Source: a virus
IMG/VR virus record: IMGVR_UViG_3300025156_000001
Location: 4,757 to 68,756 of that record
DNA length: 64,000 nt
Strand: one strand, 5' to 3'
Below, in pieces: positions 57,694 through 64,000 of this stretch (the stretch's first letter is position 1; each line of letters opens with the position of its first letter). The notes beneath the pieces are model-generated. The model searched no databases, had not been told where the DNA came from, and saw only the letters and a program-made list of their open reading frames with translations. The position numbers and the translations under genes were made by a program.

Positions 57694-58025
57694 TCCTTTT
57701 TACCTTTATATCCACCAAACTTTTTCCTGGTTGCACTGGACCTTCCGTGCCTCGTCCTGGACCTCATATCGGTTTCCCATTTGTCCACGAATTCCCTCAA
57801 ATCCATTTCCAATACATCCCATTCCGGTGAACTCTCCAGGTCATCCGATTTAACTGTTACCATTATAGACATTGTGTCGTTCTCATAATCTACTCTAGAT
57901 ATTTTTCTTTCTTCTTTGATACTGGTTGAGTATTTAAATTCTGCTGTCTTTTCTGTGCTTATTTTATCTATTTTTTCTATTAGTTCTTTCATTAGTTTCT
58001 CTGCTTCCTTGGTCATGGTAAACAA
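57690..58025 (-). CDS. hypothetical protein with basic tail
   Basis: Own promoter and AAGGAG SD. Confidence 0.7.
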   Translation of the reverse strand: MFTMTKEAEKLMKELIEKIDKISTEKTAEFKYSTSIKEERKISRVDYENDTMSIMVTVKSDDLESSPEWDVLEMDLREFVDKWETDMRSRTRHGRSSATRKKFGGYKGKKE

Positions 58026-58049
58026 CTCCTTGACTTATATATATACTTA

Positions 58050-58066
58050 CTATTATTTAAACTTTC
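58050..58066 (-). promoter_or_regulatory. BRE/TATA promoter (GAAAGTTTAAATAATAG on minus strand)
   Basis: Same TTTAAATAATAG core as 20791; upstream of the block leading to polB. Confidence 0.65.
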
Positions 58067-58613
58067 TCGTAGCATATTCATATCCACATATATATAGTTT
58101 TGTATCCCAATTGAGTTTCTCTGATAGTTGGGCGCTTATCTTGTTGCCCTGTGCTTCTATTGCCATAGATATCTGTAATGATTGCAGATACCTAACACCC
58201 GCTTTCTCCAGTTCTTTAAATACAATCTCACTCCATACATCCCTCCATGACTTCCAATCGTTGCTTCTCCACAGATAATATGTATTGGATGTGCCATACC
58301 TAACTTTAGAGAAGCCATCCTTCTCCTCTTTATCATCCCTGAATAGGAACAATGATATACCAATTGGGCCAATAATAGATAGGAACCTAGTTATATCAGA
58401 ATCTCCTATTTTATATAGCATGTGTCTTGTGAACCTATTCAATTTATCGGTTATAGATATACCCCTACTGCCGTTGGTCTCCTTTGTCAGTCCGACTATC
58501 GGCACATAGAAAAAGTTATCGCCGTATCTGTCCACTATATTACTAGCCGCAAAGGCATATCTAGTATCACGTATATCTGAAATATATTCCCATACTCTAC
58601 TATCACTTCTCAT
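58053..58613 (-). CDS. hypothetical protein
   Basis: 186 aa ORF with GGAGG SD. Confidence 0.7.
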   Translation of the reverse strand: MRSDSRVWEYISDIRDTRYAFAASNIVDRYGDNFFYVPIVGLTKETNGSRGISITDKLNRFTRHMLYKIGDSDITRFLSIIGPIGISLFLFRDDKEEKDGFSKVRYGTSNTYYLWRSNDWKSWRDVWSEIVFKELEKAGVRYLQSLQISMAIEAQGNKISAQLSEKLNWDTKLYICGYEYATRKFK

Positions 58614-58944
58614 CTAATACCTCCATAGCATCATATACAGCACTAAGTTCATAATCATGGCCTTGCTTAAGATATATATTTTCCTCTACCTTCTCTATTC
58701 TATCCAATATCTTCTTGTATGATTGTTTAAGTTCTTTAACGTAATCCCCTAAAAAACATACATCGCTTCTGATGGCTTTCATCCTAGTTACATGCTCAGC
58801 TATGGCAATAATAGCCGATACCAACGTAGTGTGCATCTCGTTTATTCCAGGCCCACTGACTATATACCCAACAGTAGTTATAGTGAGTTTGCACCTATAG
58901 TAGACTACAAGCACTAACTCATCATACTCAATCCTCTTGGGCAT
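58603..58944 (-). CDS. hypothetical protein
   Basis: 113 aa ORF coupled to neighbours. Confidence 0.6.
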   Translation of the reverse strand: MPKRIEYDELVLVVYYRCKLTITTVGYIVSGPGINEMHTTLVSAIIAIAEHVTRMKAIRSDVCFLGDYVKELKQSYKKILDRIEKVEENIYLKQGHDYELSAVYDAMEVLDEK

Positions 58945-59804
58945 TAGGAACCACCATCCTTATATATCTTACACTTACCAGCCTCTCTAACTGGGCACGT
59001 CTTACAGTATGCGCCAGTATATGGCCCAATACACGGGAATCTACCATCGTCTATACTATCCGCTACATACTTTGCAAGTATATCTACACCGGCTATATCA
59101 TCTTCCCCTACAACAATCTTCTCCTCTAGTTGGTACGAGTCTTCTGAAATAACCTTATGCTTTATGAATATATTGAACTTAAATGTATTTGTATTCTCTT
59201 TCGGTATGTCAATCTCCTGCACATCGTCACCTGTTACCACATACCCTTTATCCTCAAGGGCAAGAAACCTATACACCTTCGGCTGTAGCTCCTTATACTT
59301 CCTGAATGGAGGCCACCTACGTGCCGCAGTCTTCCAGTCTATTATTGTCCCATCGGCTACAAGAGCATCTATTGTACCCTGTAACATCCAATCGGTATCA
59401 GTTATCTTCTTACTTATATATACCTCTGGCGCAAGTATGTCCAACCCATTTATATAATCATAATTATATTCGAAAAAGCCGAGAACAAGCCTTACGGCCC
59501 TATCCACCCATTCCTCCTCTATATCCCTAAACTCCCTTTTGGCCCTTTCGGTTACATATTTGGACAGTATACTATATATATCATCCACTTCAATCTGCTC
59601 GTACTCTACATGATTCTTTATCAATTCCTCCATGAGCCAATGCGTTGCGGAGCCAACAAGTAATGGTTCTGATGGTGGTGTCTCCATACCATCTATGTAT
59701 ATGTTCTTAAATTTCCACGGGCACTCAAGGTATGCCTTTATATACGTCGCTGATAAATATTTGTCGTTTACTGTTTTTGATAATTCTCTAGTCATTGTGC
59801 CCAT
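58944..59804 (-). CDS. Cas4/RecB-like PD-(D/E)xK exonuclease
   Basis: LSAT.I..Y..CP, GSATH, GTIDAL, IIDWKT, Q..VY and C-terminal CxxCP..C (Fe-S staple pattern). Confidence 0.88.
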   Translation of the reverse strand: MGTMTRELSKTVNDKYLSATYIKAYLECPWKFKNIYIDGMETPPSEPLLVGSATHWLMEELIKNHVEYEQIEVDDIYSILSKYVTERAKREFRDIEEEWVDRAVRLVLGFFEYNYDYINGLDILAPEVYISKKITDTDWMLQGTIDALVADGTIIDWKTAARRWPPFRKYKELQPKVYRFLALEDKGYVVTGDDVQEIDIPKENTNTFKFNIFIKHKVISEDSYQLEEKIVVGEDDIAGVDILAKYVADSIDDGRFPCIGPYTGAYCKTCPVREAGKCKIYKDGGS

Positions 59805-61146
59805 CTCCTATTTTTGCTACTTCACCCGTAAACGGGTGGATATAATCGTAGATATTTTTGGACCATGTATCAACATCATCTGGATAATGTTCCTCCATGA
59901 ATGCAACACCACGCTTTACCATAGTTGGAACATCAACATTTGCAACTTCTTCAAACTCTTTAGTCTTGTAGTATGACTTGCCGGAACCACTTGCGCGCAG
60001 ATGCCCAACCTCTACACACTTATCAAGTATCTCTTTAACAGCAGACTTCTTCATACTCATACCTATTTCTGTATCTATGTAGTCCTTTACCTGGTCCACC
60101 GTCATATAGTAAGATTGGGCGGAGACCTCGTCCTTACTATCGAAGGCAAACAATCCCGGTGGTAGTATCTCGAAACCATCCACTATCTGTTTGGCAAATT
60201 CTGGAACACCCATAGATAGAGATTTGAATATACCGCCCGCTATTATTGTAGCTACATAGTTATCCCCAGCAGTTGAGAACAGTTTATCCCCATCGGTGTG
60301 TCTCTGGTCGGCATAGAATTTGGTTATAGTTTTAACGAAATTGAGTAGGTATTCAACATATGTATTAGACTCCGTAAATGTTTTTGGTAGGATTTTGTGG
60401 AGTTCAATCCCGAAAGGGTTTATAACCCGCCTATCGTCTTCCATTGCGCAGTAGAGTCTGTTTCTCAACATTGTTAGCCTATCTTCGTTTATGCTCGGTA
60501 TCTCTTCCTCCGGTAGAGCATCTATAAATGCCTTCTGCTCGTGGACAATTTCATTAACGTCTCTATTTGCTACAGTCCACACCGATAGAAACCTTCTACG
60601 CATTTCATTTGCTAGCTCTGGCATCTTTTCGTTACCATCGGCGAGGTTTGTAAGTATAGGCAATGGAGGTAGGATAAGTTTTGAAGATGATGCCCCACCG
60701 TTTTTTGCCCTCCTATATACATAGGGCATACCCTCTGTCCATTTCTTTATTATATCTTCCTGGTTCCCACAGTTCTGTAGTTCCGGTATAAAGCAGTGCC
60801 CACTGTTGCGCATCTCTACTATTGCGTCTTTAGTTATATTACCCTTATCGGAACTAGCGTCTATCATATAGACATCTCTATGGATACCAGTAAGACCCTC
60901 ATCACCCCATGCTAGAGTTACAGTTGCTTTAAGTATCTCCGATTTTGCGGAACCCGATGCACCACGTATTATTACAGAGTTTTTACCAATGAGCCAAGCT
61001 AGGGCCGTTGCCATCCTCGTTTCAAAGTTACCTATTATTGGGCGTAATTTTCCAAAAACTATTGGCGCATTATAGTACAAATGTAAATCATACAGAGTAG
61101 CATCCATCCCATCATCGGTAGTGTCGCGCTTTTTTGACCATCTCAT
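59788..61146 (-). CDS. AAA+ ATPase, MCM-like putative replicative helicase
   Basis: Walker A GASGSAKS, variant Walker B CFIPE, Arg finger EMRRRF, C-terminal winged-helix-like segment. Confidence 0.65.
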   Translation of the reverse strand: MRWSKKRDTTDDGMDATLYDLHLYYNAPIVFGKLRPIIGNFETRMATALAWLIGKNSVIIRGASGSAKSEILKATVTLAWGDEGLTGIHRDVYMIDASSDKGNITKDAIVEMRNSGHCFIPELQNCGNQEDIIKKWTEGMPYVYRRAKNGGASSSKLILPPLPILTNLADGNEKMPELANEMRRRFLSVWTVANRDVNEIVHEQKAFIDALPEEEIPSINEDRLTMLRNRLYCAMEDDRRVINPFGIELHKILPKTFTESNTYVEYLLNFVKTITKFYADQRHTDGDKLFSTAGDNYVATIIAGGIFKSLSMGVPEFAKQIVDGFEILPPGLFAFDSKDEVSAQSYYMTVDQVKDYIDTEIGMSMKKSAVKEILDKCVEVGHLRASGSGKSYYKTKEFEEVANVDVPTMVKRGVAFMEEHYPDDVDTWSKNIYDYIHPFTGEVAKIGDGHND

Positions 61147-61172
61147 ATCATCACGTCTTATATATGTACGTT

Positions 61173-61190
61173 CAATTATTTAAGTGTTGC
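61173..61190 (-). promoter_or_regulatory. candidate TATA promoter (GCAACACTTAAATAATTG on minus strand)
   Basis: About 30 bp upstream of the ATPase start. Confidence 0.45.
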
Positions 61191-61479
61191 GTTTGTATAC
61201 AAACAACATTACAAAAACCAACATGTTTACAGATAGGTTTAATCCGTTTGCTACTATAAATGGGGAGTCTCCTATGTCTATTGCGTGGATAAAGTAGTGG
61301 AATATCGCACCGACTAGGAATAGATATGTTATAATACTTATACCAGATACCTTCTTTGTCCGCACGATTTTATATAGTTGGGCGGGGGCAACGAACAGCC
61401 CAAGTAATACACCAATCCACCCGCTATAGGATATATATAGACAATATATCATAATTACTATGTATGTTAAATCAATCAT
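61180..61479 (-). CDS. PQ-loop / SemiSWEET-like small membrane protein
   Basis: PAQLYKIVRTKKVSGIS and PFIVAN motifs; hydrophobic helices. Confidence 0.75.
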   Translation of the reverse strand: MIDLTYIVIMIYCLYISYSGWIGVLLGLFVAPAQLYKIVRTKKVSGISIITYLFLVGAIFHYFIHAIDIGDSPFIVANGLNLSVNMLVFVMLFVYKRNT

Positions 61480-61997
61480 ATTATGTTCCCCTTATCATCA
61501 AATTTTACTACCTTCATATTCTTCGATATATCTTGTGGCACTATTACCCATTCGACCTCCTTACTCTCTTCCTCTTTGGCATACCACCCGGTCCAACACC
61601 CACCACTCTTGACATGTAGTCCCGTCCTACCCTTACAGTGGTAACAATATGGTAAGCCATCTGAATCGAGTATTCTCTTCCATTTATACCCCGGCGGGTA
61701 CGAATCAACTACCACTACATATAACCTATCGCTTTTCTCCGCAATATCTATATTTCTTGCTTTAAAGCCGTATTCCCCATACCAAGACTTCTGCCTAGGT
61801 TCACATGCTATAAATGATACACCCTCTTCTTTTGCTATCTCCTCCGCCCATATATCTACACCACCAAGTGGGCTTCTACCTGATATTACGGTGTCTACAC
61901 AGTCTCTATTTATTATAAGGCGTATTAAATTCTTTGCCAACTCCTCAGATTCTGGAGTGAATTTACCACTACCATGACCAACTATTCCTATTTTCAT
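61476..61997 (-). CDS. SLOG superfamily (DprA/YspA-like) nucleotide-binding protein
   Basis: MKIGIVG, VISG...GGVD.WAE..A, ARN..IA..SD and SGGCWT; start placed at ATG 61997 after GGAGG. Confidence 0.8.
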   Translation of the reverse strand: MKIGIVGHGSGKFTPESEELAKNLIRLIINRDCVDTVISGRSPLGGVDIWAEEIAKEEGVSFIACEPRQKSWYGEYGFKARNIDIAEKSDRLYVVVVDSYPPGYKWKRILDSDGLPYCYHCKGRTGLHVKSGGCWTGWYAKEEESKEVEWVIVPQDISKNMKVVKFDDKGNII

Positions 61998-62001
61998 TTT
62001 A

Positions 62002-62274
62002 TCATCCTCCAGGATAGTCGCTATCCCATATATCTTCAGAATCGAGAAACAGTCCCCTTCTTCCAGTCCAGCGTTTGTTCTCCACAGGTGGGGAAATGCT
62101 TTCTCCACAATACTCACATACAATAATCAATGAAATGGTTTCATCTTCCTCCGTGGCCTCTAAATGGTTATGAGAATCCACCCATTTCCCTTCGGCCGGT
62201 CTACCACATTTAGGACATCTATAATAAAACGCCATCTTATCATTCCTCCGAATTATCACCTCAATCAAAATCAA
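62002..62274 (-). CDS. zinc-ribbon protein
   Basis: CPKCG ... CEYCG. Confidence 0.65.
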   Translation of the reverse strand: MILIEVIIRRNDKMAFYYRCPKCGRPAEGKWVDSHNHLEATEEDETISLIIVCEYCGESISPPVENKRWTGRRGLFLDSEDIWDSDYPGG

Positions 62275-62569
62275 GGTCCATAATATGTTCCACTCTTACT
62301 TCCTTCCCGCAATAGCAACATCGTTTATACTCGACTTCTTCAAATTCTTTCTGCCCGTTCTCGTAAGAGCCGTGTTTAATTTCCACCATCTTAATTATTG
62401 GGTGGAAACAGTGTTCCTTCCTACCATCTATACAGTCTGGCCCAGATAACATATCAACAATCCTACCAATTATAGCTACTATAAGCAATATAATAATCGG
62501 ACTAATCATAATTGTCAAACATAGTATAGAGAAAATTACCTTTGGAATCATTCTCCCAACTCCTCCCAC
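62261..62569 (-). CDS. membrane-anchored protein with Cys/His motif
   Basis: N-terminal TM helix; HCFH ... CCYCG. Confidence 0.6.
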   Translation of the reverse strand: MGGVGRMIPKVIFSILCLTIMISPIIILLIVAIIGRIVDMLSGPDCIDGRKEHCFHPIIKMVEIKHGSYENGQKEFEEVEYKRCCYCGKEVRVEHIMDLDFD

Positions 62570-62742
62570 TTATAATATCTTGGCTCGTACACGTCACAGT
62601 GCTCTCCATCAGTGGCTCGGACAGAATTATATAAATAAGTATCTGATAAACTTATATATTCAGGGAGTGGTGCTCTACAAGTCCCCCAATAATTGTTATA
62701 TGGGTCATAATACTTGCAGTTTTCACATTTCTGTTCACACAT
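62548..62742 (-). CDS. Cys-rich hypothetical protein
   Basis: CENCKYY...GTCR..P...C..Y. Confidence 0.65.
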   Translation of the reverse strand: MCEQKCENCKYYDPYNNYWGTCRAPLPEYISLSDTYLYNSVRATDGEHCDVYEPRYYKWEELGE

Positions 62743-62838
62743 CCCTACTCCTCCGATAACTTATCCATAATCTTACGCCATTCTCTTTCAATGAAATTTA
62801 TCTTTATAGTTGGTTTCCACTTCATTTGCATCTCTCAA

Positions 62839-63084
62839 TCACTCCCTGTAACCGTTGTATATCTCTATCTCGTCCTCTGTAAAGACCAATTCCCCCCACT
62901 TCTCAGCGAAATCTCTCAACTCCTCAAGGGTCTCGAACTCAATCATGACATCCTCATCGATGATTCTCAACCCGTTTTCAAAAAAATTATATTCCTCGAA
63001 TTTGAAGCCAAGTTTCTTGAGTTCCTCGACACACTCATCATCTCTCCGATAGAATAGTTCAGTGGTCGTCAGTTCAAATTTCAT
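62839..63084 (-). CDS. acidic hypothetical protein
   Basis: 81 aa; TLEEL..F...IEIYNGYRE ending. Confidence 0.7.
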   Translation of the reverse strand: MKFELTTTELFYRRDDECVEELKKLGFKFEEYNFFENGLRIIDEDVMIEFETLEELRDFAEKWGELVFTEDEIEIYNGYRE

Positions 63085-63087
63085 CTC

Positions 63088-63270
63088 TCATTCCCCCTCA
63101 AACAGCGAGCCAGTAACAACCTCGGAAATTGTCACCATCTCAGCTATTGTATATTTAACATGCCCCCTAATGGCCCATTTCTTTATGGCTGTTATTAATT
63201 CATTGGCAAGCATTTCCTTCTCGCCCTCCAACATGAACGATAGTCTATGTTCTTCATTTGTCATTTTCAT
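63088..63270 (-). CDS. hypothetical protein
   Basis: 60 aa ORF with GGAGG SD. Confidence 0.6.
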   Translation of the reverse strand: MKMTNEEHRLSFMLEGEKEMLANELITAIKKWAIRGHVKYTIAEMVTISEVVTGSLFEGE

Positions 63271-63288
63271 TCCTCCGCAATCAAGCCA

Positions 63289-63555
63289 TCATCTCTTATA
63301 TGTTAGATATCTTATTGTTTTCAACACCCCAACCATCATCTCTTTATGGCAATGTGGGCATTTGTATACTCCAGAACAACCTTCCAACTCATCGTCAATA
63401 CCGTTGGTTGGTATTTCCTTTAAACAGTAGGGGCAGAGGGGGTCTGCCATGAATGAGTCCAATTTATCGATTACCCATTCAAGGTATTCCTCGTCCAAGA
63501 AACCGCAGTCCGCATATATGTCTCTGATTTCATTATACTCTTCTTTATCATCCAT
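63289..63555 (-). CDS. zinc-ribbon protein
   Basis: CPYC ... CPHC. Confidence 0.65.
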   Translation of the reverse strand: MDDKEEYNEIRDIYADCGFLDEEYLEWVIDKLDSFMADPLCPYCLKEIPTNGIDDELEGCSGVYKCPHCHKEMMVGVLKTIRYLTYKR

Positions 63556-63862
63556 TATTACCCCCCCTTCGTTCCAACTCCTCTATCATTTCCCAATAGG
63601 CATCGGGCATCCATGCCCTATCTTTATCGTTGGCTCCAAATAACACACTATCAATAGTGTACCATGCCGTAGATTCGGGTGAAATCCAACCAAGTGTGGA
63701 TTCGTATTCGTCCTCAATCCTTTCCAATCTCTCCTTATAAACATCTTCATTACGTTCCATGAAACGGATACAGTTCCTGATGTGCTCTGTGCTCATGTCA
63801 GAGATTTCTATCTCTTCACCCCCTCTAGTTTTCCACTTCATAGTATCACCGCGCAGGCCCAA
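63548..63862 (-). CDS. hypothetical viral protein
   Basis: MKWKT..G..I.I.DM...HI.NC motif; likely start at MKWK after GGTGA. Confidence 0.65.
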   Translation of the reverse strand: MGLRGDTMKWKTRGGEEIEISDMSTEHIRNCIRFMERNEDVYKERLERIEDEYESTLGWISPESTAWYTIDSVLFGANDKDRAWMPDAYWEMIEELERRGGNNG

Positions 63863-64000
63863 TACAACACCTATGTCTATATGGTATATATTTATCGCAA
63901 ATTGGGCAATAATATCCAGTATACCCCTCTCTCATATACTCGGAACATCGTGGGCATCTCATTTTATCATACCCCCTTTAAACGCCACATACAGGGCATA

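Larger units (their letters stand above)
1..64000. mobile_element. Segment of a tailed dsDNA archaeal virus genome (siphovirus-like Caudoviricetes)
   Basis: Terminase-portal-protease-capsid-neck-tail-tape measure gene order; replication module with PolB, AEP primase and Hjc; dense small ORFs; archaeal SD (GGTGA) and BRE/TATA motifs; no cellular housekeeping genes and no tail sheath recognised. Confidence 0.93.

Noticed and set aside
58944-59804. Cas4-like gene as evidence of a CRISPR-Cas system
   Set aside because: No cas1/cas2 or repeat-spacer array seen; solo Cas4/RecB-like nucleases are common in archaeal virus replication modules.
35-63643. Numerous short antisense ORFs in the six-frame track (plus strand at 1-16 kb and 50.5-64 kb, minus strand at 21-50 kb)
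   Set aside because: They shadow well-supported genes on the opposite strand and lack SD motifs and recognisable domains.

Overview
The whole window reads as part of the genome of a tailed (Caudoviricetes-type, siphovirus-like) virus infecting an archaeon. Archaeal cues are GGTGA/GGAGG ribosome-binding sites, BRE+TATA promoters, an archaeal-type family B DNA polymerase, an Hjc-like resolvase and an AEP primase; a Thermoplasmatota host is suggested but not proven. Layout: (i) 1-16.1 kb, minus strand: accessory/early region dominated by a peptide/amide-ligase cluster (three phiEco32-like COOH-NH2 ligases, an ATP-grasp ligase, a class II glutamine amidotransferase, two gamma-glutamylcyclotransferase-like genes). 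Embedded in it are nine divergent paralogous ~115-160 aa genes sharing an invariantly spaced near-C-terminal motif [LIVM]-P-x-x-E-x-x-[TS]-G-I-x-E-H, and a MIB/HERC2-domain gene sits at its head. (ii) 16.1-21 kb: largely non-coding, palindrome- and repeat-rich control region with a few genes. (iii) 21-50.5 kb, plus strand: packaging, head, neck and tail genes, including a predicted -1 frameshift in the tail assembly chaperone. (iv) 50.5-64 kb, minus strand: DNA methylase, primase, resolvase, PolB with an unusual HSHTDS motif C, Cas4-like nuclease, MCM-like ATPase and small genes. The best candidate for an undescribed system is the ligase cluster plus the nine-member paralog array plus the MIB/HERC2 protein. 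All calls come from motif reading by eye; no searches were run. I saw no rRNA, tRNA, CRISPR array or integrase.
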